Shown piece by piece: positions 13,015-27,114 of a stretch of 64,000 bases of DNA. Origin of the DNA: Mobula hypostoma (Eukaryota); assembly GCF_963921235.1 (NCBI RefSeq), contig NC_086097.1:216816001-216880000 (forward strand), given 5' to 3'. Both the position numbers and the translations under genes were made by a program. The notes beneath the pieces were generated by a model, which was not told the DNA's origin, made no database searches, and saw nothing but the letters and a program-made list of their open reading frames with translations. Position 1 is the first letter of the stretch; each line of letters opens with the position of its first letter.

Positions 13015-14420
13015 TCTGAATCAGAATCAGGTTTAATATCAACGGTGTATGTCATGAAATGTGGTGTTTTGTGGCAGCAGTACATTGCAATACTTTGTAA
13101 TAAAAACTATAAATTACAAGTATGCATTAAAAAATCAAAAGTAGTACTAAACGAGAGGGAAAATTTTACTGAGCAAGTGTTGATGAGTTCATTATCCATT
13201 CAGAAATCAGGCAGTGGAGGGGAAGCTGTTCCTGAAACATTTAGTGTGTTGTCTTCAGGCTCCTGTACCTCTTCCTAGATGGTAGCCATGAGAAGAGCGC
13301 ATGTGCTGGGTGATGGGGGCCCCCGATGATAGATGTCACCCTTTGCCTTTTGAAGGTGTTCTGGATTCTGCGGAGGCTACTGCCCATGATGGAGCTAGCT
13401 GAGTTTACAACTTTCTGCAGCTTCTTTCGAACCTGTGCAGTGACTCCTTCCATGCTCTGGGGTGACACAACCAATTAGAATGCTCTTCGCAGTACACCTG
13501 TAGATATTTGCTAGAGTCTTTGGTAACAGGCCAAATCTCCTCAAACTCCTAATGAAATATAGCTGCAGTTGTTCCTTCTTTGTAATTGCATCTATATCTT
13601 GGGCCCAGGATAGATCCACAGAGATATGAACACCCAGGAACTTGATACTGCTCACTCTTTCCTCTTCTGATCCCTCAAGAGGACTGGTGTGTGTTCCTTC
13701 AACTTACCCTTTCTGAAATCCTCCGTCCATTCCTTGGTCTTACTGACTTTGAGTGCAAAGTTATTGCTGTGACACAACACATCCAGGTGATCCAAGGTCG
13801 AGTAGAGAGCCAGTGAGATTGCATCCTCTGTAGACCTATTGCAGCACATTGCAGCGGGTCTAGATCCTTGCTTATGCAGGAGTTGATTCTAGCCATGACC
13901 AACCTCTCAAAGCACTTCATCACAGAAGATGTGAGTGCCACCAGGTGATAGTCATTAAGGCAGCTCACCCTGTTCTTCTTGGGCACTGGTATGATTATCA
14001 CCCTTTTGAAGCAGTTGGGAACCTCCGACTAGAGCAATGAGAGATTGAAGGTGTCCTTGAACAGTCCCACCAGTTGGTTGGCACAAGTTTTCAGAGCCCT
14101 ACCAGGTACACCATCAAGGCCTGATGCCTTGTGAGGGTTCACCATCATGAGAGATGTTCTTACTTCAGCCTCCAAGACAGAGAACATAGGGTCAGCTAAT
14201 GCTACAAGGATTTGGTGTAATTCTCCCTTTCAGAGCGTGAATAAAAGGCGTTGAGTTCATTGGGAATGTAGCGTCAGTGAAATTTATGATGTTAGGCTTC
14301 ACTTTGTAGGAAATAGTGGCTTGCAAACCCTGCCAGAGCTGATGTGCATCTGATTCCATCTCCAACCTCAATCGCAATTGTCTTTTAGCTCTTAAGATAG
14401 CCTTCCGTAGGTATTGGATG
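13015..14420 (-). mobile_element. Rex1/Babar-type LINE fragment with internal deletion
   Basis: [25 protein letters not shown] (13699..14001) and KFLGVHIS.DLSW (13395..13655); (AATCAG)n tail at ~13015-13030. Confidence 0.85.
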
Positions 14421-15699
14421 ACATACTGTATATTTTCAGCATGTTTATTTTCTATTTATATCTGTGGGATAATATTAACAAAATTCTTAAAAATTCATTC
14501 AATCTCTAAATAAGATTTCACATGGCAGAATTTAATAGAATTAAATTCATACTGCATCATTAAGATTATTTATTTATTTTTATTTCTCCAATAATGCCAA
14601 TAGTTGGACAGGATTATACAGTTAGTTGCAAACTAATGTACCAGGTGGACAACAGATCTCTTGTTTCTGAGTTTGGCATGTATACCAACATGAATAGTTA
14701 GGTTAAGGGAGTGTCCTTGCTGGCTGCTTTAGCTGAGATACAATAGTGATAGTTGTATCTGGGTCATAGTCCAAACCAAGTGCAGGTTATTTTTCATTGA
14801 TATGAAAGTACTCCATTCTATCAATGTGCAGCTGGTGTACAAGGGCAGGAAGATCTTCATCCAGGTGCATATACGATGCTTACAGATCTGCCATGATTCC
14901 TTCATCCTGCTACACACTGTCCTCAATCCTTCAGATGGTCAGAAGTTCCTTGGATCAAGACCCCAGTTGAAATGGCAGCCACCAAAGCAAAGGAATGCTA
15001 CGAACAAAATCATTTGCCCACCCAAAATATTACAAGACAAGCCACTAAAAAGGTATTTCAGATGCTCTGTCTATTTGTGAACAAAGATACCATTGCAAAA
15101 GGCCTGAGACATCAATATATCATTACTCTTGTGCTCCAGACAGAATTTTTCAATCTCTCTGCAAGATTCAGATTCAGATACATTTATTTATCACATGTAC
15201 CTTGAACCATGCAGTGAAATGCATCATTTGTGTTAACAACCAACTGAAACTAAGGATGTGCCAGGGACAGCCCACAACTATTGCTACACAGAATGTCCAC
15301 AATGTTTAGCAAAACAACAGCAGCAAAACAAACCCCTTTCCTCCCTCCCATCCACTCATCCACCCACCCAAACACGCACACAGAGAGTCCTCAAGTTCCA
15401 GGAAAGCCGCCTCCAGCATCCAGCAGTCTCACAAACTCGTAGACATCGGCCTCACAGACTCACAGGTCCAGGGTTTCAGCAATGGACCTCAACTTATGGA
15501 CTTCTGGTCAATCCCCGTACTCATGGAAGACTAGACCATGAACTCCAGCTTTGTACTCCAGGTTTGCCGACTTGCATACGTAGGAGGTTACACAATGTGA
15601 CTGAAACGCCTTCCAGTTATCAAACATCAATCTTTTTCTATGGTAACAGTGACGCAGAGACCCACTTGGAGCACTGTACACATTTCCTAAGAAATAAGA

Positions 15700-16090
15700 T
15701 ACTTGCAATAGTGAGAGTGCAGCATCCACCAGATGATTCTTGTGAACATATGACTGCCATATGAAGAGAAATTGGTTGACTGGGCTTGTATTCACTGGAG
15801 CTTAGGTGCATGAAAGGAGACCCAACTGAAACTTACAAATCCTAACAAATTTTAGGTAGGTGAGGAGGACTATTGGCCTGATGCAGGCATCTAGAACAGT
15901 GGACATCAAGAGGTTTAGAATGGAAATGAGGAAAGACTTCTTTATTCAGTGTGGTGAACCTGTGAAATTTGCTGTTGCAGCAGGTTAGAGATGTCAAGTT
16001 CCTGAATATTTTTAAGAAGTAGGCAGGCAAATGTCTAATTGTAAAAGGTAACAGGGGTATGTGGAGAGTGGAAATATATTATTGAGATGG
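15700..16090 (+). mobile_element. CR1 LINE 3' fragment, degenerate
   Basis: Resembles the CR1 C-terminus (LGLYSLE..MKGD..F..SVVNL). Confidence 0.6.
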
Positions 16091-16109
16091 AGGACCAGCT
16101 CTGATTACA

Positions 16110-16665
16110 ACCAGTGACCATTTTATTAGTTAGATGTGCTTGTTAATGCAAATCTCAAATCAACCAATCATGTGGCAGCAACTCAATGCATTGAAGCATG
16201 CAGACATGGTCAAGAGGTTCAGTTGTTGTTCAGACCAAACATCAAAATGGGGAAGAAATGTGAACTAAGTGACATTGACCGTGAAATGATTGTTGGTGAT
16301 AGACGGGGTGGTCTCAGTGTTTCAGAAACAGCTGATATCCTGGGATTTTCACTCACAACTGTGTCTAGAGTTTACAGAGAACAGTGCTTCAAAACCAAAA
16401 ACCTCCAGTGAGCTGCAGTTCCGTGGGGAGAAATGCCTTGTAAATGAGAGAGGTCAGAGGAGAATGGCCAGATTGGTTCAAGCTGACAAGAAGGCTACAG
16501 TAACTCAAAAAACAGCAGGGTACAGAAGAACATCTCAAAACGCAGAATATGTAGAACCCTGAAGTAGATGGGCAGCTGTAGCAGAAGACCTTGAATGTAC
16601 AGAAATACACTCTGTGGCCACTTTATTAGGTACCTCCTGTTCATAATAATGTGGCCATTGAGTGT
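16110..16665 (+). mobile_element. Non-autonomous Tc1/mariner derivative (transposase N-terminal HTH only)
   Basis: From ATG 16247: MGKKCELSDIDREMIVGDRRGGLSVSETADILGFS..TVSRVYRE, frameshifted to ERGQRRMARLVQAD. TIR-like short inverted pair at 16606-16665. Confidence 0.8.
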
Positions 16666-17039
16666 TTATTGAATGGTGGTGTAGGGGTAGCCTTGAAGCC
16701 AGAATGATCTAGCCAGCTTCGATTTTCTATAGTTATAGACCACTGAAACAGACACTTTTGCCCGTGCCAACCATTAAGTAGCCAGCAATACTAACCTCAT
16801 TTATTACCATTGAGCCTGTAGCCTACTTCTACCTTGAGAATTTATATGCTCGTCCAGATGCTTCTGTATCCACCACCTTCCCAGGTTGTGTGTTCCATTG
16901 CCGCTGGGTGACAAAATACGTTTCTGATTTTCTGCCTCTCCCCGGTGTTTTCTGCTCTTTATTCTTATCCGCGTCCGTGAGTTTGACAACATAACGATGA
17001 GAGAGGATCGCTTGACGGTGACAGTGAGGGAGAGGCACA

Positions 17040-17325
17040 ACATTGTGTACTGGTGAGTGTGAATGTTAGTAGCGATGAGTTTATAGCAAAGGCCACTTTG
17101 CGAGATCTGCGTGTAATAGACCAGGTTAGAGGAGGTGCACGTGAGCCCCTCCCTCACCTGGAAGGGCTGTTTGTGTATTCAGAAAGTGGTGAGGGAGGGG
17201 GTGAAGGTTCTAGTGTTGCATCTCCTACAGTTGCAGGGAAACTTTGCTTGATAATGGGGAGGTCAGGCTGGAAAGGGAAGAGCGGACCATGGTGTCTCAA
17301 AAAGAAGTGGTCCCTGTGTTAAGAT
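17040..17325 (-). mobile_element. Penelope-like GIY-YIG fragment
   Basis: Minus frame '...EGLTCTSSNLVYY..' resembles the PLE FTC.S.N.IY.I.C motif. Confidence 0.5.
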
Positions 17326-17589
17326 GACACCAGAATCTCACAACCTTGTATTTTCATTCCTTCCAATAATATTAGCCGTATGTGCTCAACACATTGCTTG
17401 GCAGTACTGCCCAGTTTACTGTATGTTTGACTGTTAGAATTTATGTTTTTGTTAGTCTTATGCTTTCTATTTCTGGTGCTGAAACATACAAATGATGCAA
17501 TTGTTTTCCCTGTTTATTCCAATGAGCATTTGGAATCATTTTGTTTATTCCATCAGAAGAAATTTGTGTTTTCTAGCTATCACCAGGGA

Positions 17590-17875
17590 TGCCTCAACAT
17601 GGATTAAGGGTGAAAGGTGAAAAGTTTAAGGGGAACATGAGGGGAAACGTCTTCACTCAGAGGGTTATGAGAGTGTGGAACGAGCTTCCAGCATAGGTGG
17701 TGCATGCGAGCTCGATTTCAAAGTTTAAGAGAAGTTTGGATAGGTACATGGGTGGTAGGGGTATGGAGGGTTCTAGTCCTGGAGCAGGTTGATGGGAGTG
17801 GGCAGTTTAAATGGTTCTGCACTGGGTGGATGGGTCGAATGGCCTGTTTCTGTGCTGTACTTTTCTATGACTCTA
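17590..17875 (+). mobile_element. CR1 LINE 3' end
   Basis: HGLRVKGEKFKGNMRG..FTQRV..VWNELP; ttctatgactcta tail. Confidence 0.8.
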
Positions 17876-18765
17876 CGTACATTTCTATGACTTGTAACAC
17901 TTGTTAGACTTGAGAAATTACTTCACTACCATCAATGGCTTTCAATCTTTGTTTAGACATTGGACTCAATCAGCATGTTCCCACAGCATTACAGCCAAAG
18001 CCACTAGATTTGGCTTAATTGCAGTTGATGGTGTCAGATCCTGTAACTATAGCACTTGCTTTGAATTTACAAACAATGTGATCTGAGGGCAGCCTCACTG
18101 GGAATAAATTTAACTCATTTAAAGGAATTAGTAAAAGATCCAGAGGGTGAAGGGGGAAAGCCATTCTACCTAGTATAGTTTGGTCTGAAAATGCAGTGCA
18201 GATGCAGTTATGCTTTCGAAAGGTAACTGGAGAAATATTTAAAGATGATGAATTTACAAGGCAATTTGCAGAAAAAAGGAACAGGACTTATTGAACCATT
18301 CTTCAAAGAGGCAGTTTAGACTTGCCAGGCTGAATCATCGCTTCTGTTATATTTCTTTTCTTTCTTTATTAATCTTTTTATTGATTTAAAAGGAACATAA
18401 ATACAAACAAGAGGAGAATTATCTCAAATATAATTATCAATAACAATACAATCCAAGATTAAAATAGACATTATCAAAATCATACATATTGTTAAGCTAG
18501 TATAAAATATATAATAAAGAAAACACCAATTCTCCTCTTATCAGTTCATGACAAAGAAAGAAAAAAAACTTTGAATTTTAAATGAAGAAAAAAAAAGATC
18601 CCCGCTACACTATACAAAAAAAAGGGAAAAAAAGGGACTGGGCAGTCCATTCTCAGGATACAACCAAAAAAAAAAGAAAAACTTTCTGATCAAATCGAAA
18701 ACTTCGAAAAAAAAATAAATTGGAATAGTAATAAATTAAATTAAATGAAAATATTGAATAAAAGG

Positions 18766-21700
18766 TCACCAGATTTGCTCAAATTTAAAAGATGCATCAA
18801 ATGTCCGACTTCTTATTTTCTCTAAACTTAAACATGACGTAATGGAGGAGAGCCAATAAAAGACCGCAGCTGGATTAGAATCCTTCCACTTCAATAACAT
18901 GGCTCTCCTAGCCAATAAAGTTGAAAAGGCTATCATATGTTGAGCAGAAACAGGAATATTTTCTGCTTCCGATGGGATAATCCCAAAAATTGCCATAAGC
19001 AAATTAGGTTGTCGATCCAGGTCCAAGACTTTTGATAGCATTTTAAAAACATCTCTCCAAAAGTTATCTAGCTTTATACAAGACCAATATATATGCGTTA
19101 AAGTGGCCACCTCAATATTACATCTGTCACAAATAGGATTGATATTGGAAAAAATACACACTAGTTTATCCTTTGACATATGGGCCTGATGCACTACCTT
19201 GAACTGTACCAAGGAATGACAGGCACAAATAGATGAGTTATTAACCAAATGAAAAGTTTTACTCCACTGATTATCTGAAAATGACTCTTGAAATTCTGAT
19301 TCCCAAGCACGTTTAATCTTATCATGAGATACCATTCGTGAGTTCAATAACCATTTATAGATTATAGCTATCAACCCTTTTTGAAATGGTTTAAACTGAA
19401 AGAGAGCATCTGTCATATTAGGTGGATAAGCAGAAGAGTTTTGGCAACAAACCACGTAAAAAATTCCTAATTGTAAATATCTGAAAAAGTGTACATTAGA
19501 TAAATCATATTTATCCACTAACTGAGAAAAAGACATTAAACAGTTCCCCTAAAAACAAATCTGAAAAAGTTGTTATTCCCTTCGTTTTCCAAATTAAAAA
19601 GGCCTTATCCAAAATTGATGGTTTAAAAAAATAATTGAGATGGATATTACTAGAAAGAATAAAATTACTTAACTCAAAAAATCTACGAAACTGAAACCAA
19701 ATTCTTAATGTATGTTTAATAATGGGATTAAAATCTTGTCTACTAATCTTAGAAAACAAAAAGGGAAGAGGAGCTCCCAGTAAAGAGGCCAAAGAGAATC
19801 CTTTCACTGAGTATTCCTCCAAATCCAACCATGAAGAACATTCATGTATGTCTGAATAGTGAATCCAAAAAATAATATATCGAATATTAATTGCCCAATA
19901 ATACATTCTAAAATTAGGCAAAGCCATAACACCATCCTTTTTTAATTTCTGCAATAAGGGTTTATTCAATCTAGGATTTTTATTGTTCCAAATATAAGAT
20001 AAGATTATAGAATCTTTTCTGTCAAAGAACTTCTTAGGAACAAAGGAAGAAACTGCCAGAAATATATATAAGAATTTCTGTAAAACTATCATTTTAATAG
20101 CATTAATTTGACCTATTAATGATAATGTCAGAGGCGACCATTTAGGAAGCATTTGTTTGGTGTCGTCAATTAATGGAAAAAGATTGTATTTATTGAGGTC
20201 CTTAAAATTTTCAGTCATTTTAATACCAAGATAGGTAAAGTAATTTTTAGCAATACTAAAAGGTACTTGATGATTTGGATCCGAGCAATTATTAATAGGA
20301 AATAACTCACTTTTATGTAAATTTAATTTCTACCCAGAAAATCTACTGAATTCAGAAAATATAGATAACATAGAAGGAATAGATTTCCTAGGATCTGAAA
20401 TATAAACTAACAAGTCGTCTGCATATAACGAAACCTTGTGTGTTTTGTTCCCTCTCTTAATACCCTGAACAGCATTAGAATCTCTAAGAGCAATAGCAAG
20501 GAGTTCTAAGGCCAAGTTAAATAATAAAGGGCTAAGAGGACATCCCTGCCAAGTACCCCTATATAATCTAAAATAGGGAGATTTTTGATTATTAGTTATA
20601 ACAGCAGCCATGGGAGCATGATAGATCAATTTAATCCAGGAAATAAATCCCGGGCCAAGATTAAATCTTTCCAAAACCTCAAATAAGTAAGACCACTCCA
20701 CCCTATCAAAGGCTTTTTCTACATCAAGAGAAACAACACATTCAGATTCTTTAGATGGTGAAGAATGAATAATATTTAATAATCTTCGAATGTGAAATGT
20801 GAATATCTATTTTTAATAAATCCAGTTTGGTCATTGGAAATAACAATAGGTAAAATATTCCCAAGTCTATTAGCCAAGATCTTAGAAATAATTTTAAAAT
20901 CCACATTCAATAGAGAAAATGGTTTATAATAAGCGCATTCAGATAAATCTTTATCTTCTTTAGGAATTAAAGAGATTGAAGCTTCAGAAAAAGTTTTCGG
21001 GAGAGTCCCAGAGGATATAGAATCAGTGAAAATTTGACATAAATGGTATAAGTATATCAGTAAAAGTCTTACAAAATTCCACTGTATATCCGTCCGGTCC
21101 CGGAGCCTTAGCTGATTGGAGAGACGATATAGGCCTTACTATTCCCTCTTGTTTAATAGGTGCATCTAATGTGTTCATATCTTGAATAGAAATTTTAGGT
21201 ACATTCAATTTTTGCAAAAAACTATTCATAAAAGTAATATTGTCTGAAAATTCAGATTTATAAGTATTAGAGTAGAAATCCATAAATACCTTATTAATTT
21301 CATAAGGATCTACCAGGTCTTCGTATTTTCAGGATCTGTCTTCTAGCCATATTTGCTTTTAACTGACCAGTTAATAATTTGCCTGACTTGTCTCCATGTA
21401 TATAAAATTGGCCTTTGGATTTAAGAAGTTGCTGTTCAATGGGAAAAGTCAAAAGCAAATCATACTGTGCTTGGAGTTCCACCATTTCCTTAAAGAGATC
21501 TTCACTAGGCATTACTGAATAAACTTTATCTATTTCTTTAATCCTAATGGTAATCAGTGAAAGTTCTGCCTTAGTTTTCCTTCTTAAACCTACTGAATAT
21601 GAAATTATCTGTTCTCTAAGAAAAGATTTCATCGCATCCCAAGTAACCAAATTTGACATTCCCTCAGTTGTATTTAATTCAAAAAATAGAGAAATTTGCT

Positions 21701-22498
21701 CATAAATAAAATTTACAGAAGTTGAATCTTGTAACAATGAAACATTAAATCTCCGCTGAGGTATCTGAATATTATCAGAAAAATTCAAAGTTAGTTTCAT
21801 AGGTGCATGATCCGACAATGCAATCACATCATACACACACTCAGCAACAGAGGGCACCAATCATGTGTCCAGCAAAAAAAATCAATTCTTGAATATTTAT
21901 GGTATACATGTGAAAAAAAAGAAAAATCTTTTTCTTTAGGATAGTTAAATCTCCAAATGTTGACCAGACCATATTCTAATAAAAAAGAATTAATACAAGT
22001 CACAGCTCTATTAGGAAACGACGGATTGGTGGACGATCTGTCAATCGACAGATTGAGACAGCAGTTAAAGTCACCACCCATAATCAACTTATATTCATTT
22101 AAATTTGGCAATACAGAAAATAGCTTCTTAAAAAATTCAGGACTATCTATATTAGGTGCATATACACATACCAAAGCCACCTTTTGACCACATAACAGAC
22201 CAGTGACAATTAAATATCTTCCAATTAAATCAGTAACAGTATTAAAATGAACAAAGGGGATTTTAGAATTAATAAAAGTAGATACCCCTCTTATTTTATT
22301 TATTGATAAAGAATGAAATAAGGGTCCCTTCCAAAATTTAAAAAAGCGATTTTCGTCCTGCCTACGGATATGAGTCTCCTGCGCAAAAATAATATCTGCA
22401 TGAAGTGTTTTTAATTTCTTAAAGATCTTTCTGCGCTTAATAGATTGGTTCATACTGTTTAAATTCCAAGATATTATATTAATTTTATTAAGATCCAT
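18766..22498 (-). pseudogene. L1 ORF2p (APE endonuclease, RT, CCHC), multiple frameshifts/stops
   Basis: IISWN..FAQETH..YAPN..MGGDFN..SRID..LSDHAP; KAPGPDG; QGCPLSPLLF; LYADDLL; CDRC..THIYWSC, spread over six ORF fragments. Confidence 0.9.
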
Positions 22499-23134
22499 AT
22501 TTAAAGTTTAATTTAAAAATATTATAAAGTAATGCGCAGGTGCAACCTAAATCGGAAGAAAGAGTGAAGCATGACTCGATCAGAAATAAAAGCAAGATGA
22601 TTGACAAAGAAAAACCCCTCAGGACTGCCCAGTCAAAACAAAACTAATCTAATAGACCCATCCTTCTCCCCCAGAAACCTAGAAACCATCCAATAGGTGG
22701 ACAGCATGCTATTCTAATAACCTTTAATGCCGGTCTCCAGAAAGTAAAACTTTACCACCACCAAAAACACATAACAAAGAATACATAAAGAACTAAACAG
22801 ATTCCAAATATTTTCATATTATGTCTAACAATAGTTAAGACCGAATTAACGATGGCTATCTTAAATCCGTTTAAAATACGCAGCCATGTATTCAAAAAAA
22901 GGATAAATCCAATCAACTAATATACTACAACTAATATTAAAGACTTATAAATCAAAAAAAGTAAATATATACCTGTATATGTTAAATTTAAAACTACATT
23001 AACTATTAAAGCAAACAACAACAGATCTAAGTGAGTTAGCCAAGTCCGTGTCTGGGCATTCATGAAACGTGGAGCAGACTTTCATCGACGGTGTTACAAG
23101 CAACTCCCAGCTAGGGATCAACTTTTCAAATTGC

Positions 23135-24021
23135 TTACGAAGTGGACTTAAACTCTTGTATAAATTTCCAACCGTCTTCTGGAGAGTCAATCCGTTTTAG
23201 ACGAACATTGGGTGGAGTAATTATCAGACAAGCCGGATAACGCAGAGACGGGCGACAGTTAATTTTAAAAAGTCCCGCCATCACTTCCCGATATTTAATT
23301 CTTTCAGCATGAATCTCTGGGGTAAAATCTTCAACTATATGAATCTTAACTTCGTTATAAATTAGCTTATCCCTTTTCCTTGCATTCCGAAGAATAGCTT
23401 CTTTGGTTGTAAAATAATGCAAACACAGAATTATAGGACGTGGTTTAGTTTCGGCTGAAGGCTTAGGACATCGAATTTGGTGGGCTCTGTCCAATATCGG
23501 ACAGGCTTCGAGAATGTCACTAAAGAGTGAATATAACATCTTCGAAAAAAACTTTAATGGCTCACCGGTTTCCATATTTTCAGGCAAACCCAATATGCGT
23601 AAATTCATCCTGCAATTTCTGCTTTCCAAGTCAATTGTTTTCTTCTTAATTCTTGATAATTCCAAAGTAGTCTCATTAATTTTCTTTTCCATAAAAGACA
23701 TCTTCAAATCCTGCTCTTTAATAGTTTGGTTCATTAACTCCAATCCCCTTTCAATTCTATGAGTGCTCTGCTGAAGCGTCTGATATCGATCTTCCGGATT
23801 CTTCAAAGATTCCTGAACAGCAAGGATGATTTTTTCAAGCAATTCATTAGCGTTCGTCAATTTATCGATTTTGGTATCCACTGTACTGATCTTCATATTA
23901 ATAACTTCTATGAAAGAGAGCATTCTTTCTGAAGTAGAAACTTCCTCTGATTTCTTAGTTTGTTGAGGTTCGGGAAGAGTTTTGCCACTTTTAATTCGGC
24001 GCCAGATCGAGTATCAGCCAT
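23135..24021 (-). pseudogene. L1 ORF1p (coiled coil + RRM + CTD)
   Basis: ORF 23135..23923 has heptad-like coiled coil, RNCRMNLRILGLPE, LDRAH, PRPII, IVEDF and LRYPA. A likely upstream ATG at 24021 is out of frame. Confidence 0.85.
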
Positions 24022-24195
24022 CGTAATTAAATAGTAAATCTTTCAGCAAATATAATAAATCTTCAAACTTGAAACAAATCTAGCAGTGGAAAGTAAGTTG
24101 TGAAAGATGGAGCTATGACACAAACGTCTTACTCCATACGCTGCCAAGTGGAGACTCCCCTATTTCTATACTTCAGTTAAATTCAGGAGTAGTTT

Positions 24196-24600
24196 TCAGA
24201 ATCAGAATCAGAAACAGAAACAGGTTTAATATCACCAGCATATGTCATGAAGTTGTTAACTTAGTGACAGCAGTACAATGCAATATATGATCAATACAGA
24301 AAGAAATAAATGAATGACAGTAAGTATAGATATGTATATTAAATAGTTAAATTAAACAGTGCAAAAACAGAAATAATAAAAAAGTGAGGTAGTGTTTATG
24401 GGTTCAATGTCCATTTAGGAATCGGATGGCAGCGGGAAGAAGCTGTTCATGAATCATTGAGTGTGTGCCTTCAGGCTTCTGTAACTCCTGCCTGATGGTA
24501 ACAATGAGAAGAGAGCATGTCCCAGCTGATGGGGGTCCTTAATAATGAATATTGCCTTTCTGAGGCACCACTTCTTAAAGATGTCTTGGATACGACGCAG
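24196..24600 (-). mobile_element. Rex1/Babar-type LINE 3' end
   Basis: IQDIFKK.CLRKA..IIKDPH..GHALFSLLPSGR; (AGAATC)n tail at 24196-24225. Confidence 0.8.
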
Positions 24601-24779
24601 TAAAAAGTAGAGTGAAGTAACATAATTAAATTTATTCCACAAGATCCAGATGTTATGAATTCTAAATGACCATTTGCAGCGCAAATAATCAAGAGGAGAT
24701 CTGAAACATGCAGGACTGAGAGAGCATTTCTTAAATGACCCTAAGCTTAACCTGTACCATGATTTCGCTTTTACAGAAG

Positions 24780-26250
24780 AAAGAAAATTCACACGAAGAA
24801 GGCAACGATGTACTGCTGATGCTTTCTAAGGCATTCATGAAACTGTATTTGGAATATTGTGAGCAATTTTGAGTCCCATGTCTACAGGAAGATGTGCTGG
24901 CCCTGGAGAAGATCCAGAGAAGCTTCTCAAGAATGACCCTGAGAATCATTGGGTTCTGTGAGGCCTGATAGAGAAAATTGTTCCGTTAATAGAGGAATCT
25001 AGGATCCGAGGTGACAGCCATAGAGTAAAAGAATATCCTAAGCTAAGATGAATGAAAATTTCCATATTTCCATCAGAAATAATGCCATATTTAAGTTTGC
25101 TGGCACCATTGCTGTTGACCAAATCAGAGGTGGTGACGAATCAGCATATAGGAGAAAAATTTAAAATCTGTTTGAATGGTACCTCAACAAAAACCTCTCA
25201 CTTAATGTTAGTAAAACCAAAGAGCTGATTATTAATTACAGGAGGAAGAACCAGGGATCAATAAGCCAGTCCATGTTAGGGAATTGGAGGTGGAAAGGGT
25301 CAGTAACTTTAAATTCTTTGGCAATATCAAACCAGAGGATCTGTCCTGGGACCAACACCTAACATTGCAAAAAAGACACAGCGGTGCCTGTACACTATTA
25401 GATGTTTGCACAGATTCAGCCTGTCATTGAAAACTTTGACAAACTTGAACAGATGCACACTGGAGAATATCTTGACCGGTTGCATCACAGCCTGGTAGGG
25501 AAATGCCAATGTCCAAGAACAGAAAAGCCAAAAAAAAAAAGTGGTGGATACAGCCAAGTCCTTCAGAGTAAAAGCCCTCTCCACCATTGAGCACGTTTAC
25601 AAAGAGCACTGCAACATCAAAATAGCATCCATCTTCAAGGACCCCCACCACCCAAGCCATGCTCTCTTCTCGTTGCTGCAATTGGGAAGGAAGTATAGGA
25701 GCCATTCCCAAAGTTCAGGAACAGGTACTGCCCTTCAACCATCAGGCTCTTGAATCAGCATGAATAATTTCACTCACCTCAACGCTGAACTGATTCCACA
25801 ACCAATGGACTCTATAACTCACATTCTCAGTTTTACTGATTTATTTAATGATTTATTTATTCAGTATATGCACAGTTTGTATTCCTTTGCACATTGGTTT
25901 TCAGTCTTCGTGTGTAGTTTTTCATTGATTCTATTGTATTTCTTTGTTCTACTCTGAATGCCTATAAGATAATGAATCTCGGTAGTATATGGTGACATAT
26001 CCATACTTTAATAAATTTACATTGCACTATGAACTTTGACATTTTAGCAAGAAGGTGGAAAATCTGTGGAATGTGGTGGCACAGAAGGCGATGAAGGCCA
26101 CGTTATAGGGTGTATTTCAGATAGACAATGATAGGATCTTGTTTAAGTAGGGTAAGAGTTACAGGGAGAAGATGAGAGAAAAGGGTTGAAAAAAAATCAG
26201 CCATCATTCACTGGTGGAGGAAACTTGATGGACTGAATGGCTTAAGTGCT
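24780..26250 (+). mobile_element. Old CR1 3' fragment split by a Rex1-type LINE (~25080-26040, +)
   Basis: CR1-like LEYCEQF..RKDVL at ~24850-24950, resuming ~26050. Inner element has KIASIFKDPHHPSHALFSLL and a gaactttga tail. Confidence 0.7.
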
Positions 26251-27114
26251 TTTTTAATAGTCTGATTGTTCAGCTCATTGGCATTGTGTGAAAGGAATGA
26301 ATGGCAAGTACTGGTTCTTTCTTGTACTGTCAGACGCTCTTTCTGTTTACCAGTGAGTACCTTTGCTATCCATTCTAGTCAATTAAAGTCCTAAACCTGC
26401 ATTTGGATACATCCATCCCTGGATTTCATTAATCAAACCGCGATTCAATATACCAGATCATGTGCACTCACCTCAGCTGTTACAGAAGATTCTGCAAAGC
26501 CTGTGCAAAGACGGACAAGGGGCATCAGGTGTGTGGGACGATTACCAGCTGCAGGTTCCTCTCCATATCACCTAAGATCCAACTTAGAACTATATTGGCA
26601 TCTTATCATCGCTAGATCCAAATTCAGGAACTCCCTCCGCAACAGCACCACAGGAGAATTCACCTGTAGACTGTAGCAGGTCAAACTGGAACTTCCCCAT
26701 CATTTTCTAAAGGGCACTGAGGGATTACCCAATGTCATAGTTATTGTTGGTGTTGCCTCGATCCCAAGAAATGAATGACTCTATTGTAGAGCTAGCTAGA
26801 GTAGAAGTATTTATAATATGTTATTGTGTCTGCACAGCTAAATGATTATCAGGGTAACCAACAAAACTTACACATCCATCGTATAACAGTCCATCTTGGT
26901 TTAAATCTTCAGTCTAACCTCTTACAAGCCACTATGGGGGAAAAAAAAAATCATACAAATACTGCAGGAATAACCAGGGTGCTGTTCTGATGGCTATGCA
27001 CACTGAATTGCAGATTTCAAAATTCTAGCACAGGCACAGTAGCAATTACACAAGCATAATGTGAAATTAAAGAAGAACATGTGCTCATTTTCTATGCAAA
27101 GTGGATTATCACAG

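Larger units (their letters stand above)
18357..24160 (-). mobile_element. Full-length L1-clade LINE (~5.8 kb), disrupted
   Basis: 5' end GGGGAGTC at 24160; ORF1 then ORF2 (EN-RT-CCHC); A-rich 3' end at ~18357-18380. Candidate 7-bp TSD tatttct at 18350-18356 and 24161-24167. Confidence 0.9.

Noticed and set aside
14720..14980. Faint Harbinger-transposase-like peptide on minus strand
   Set aside because: Too degenerate (several stops, no DDE motif) to call.
15258..15764. 168-aa ORF
   Set aside because: Runs across SINE/LINE tail debris and has no recognisable domain.
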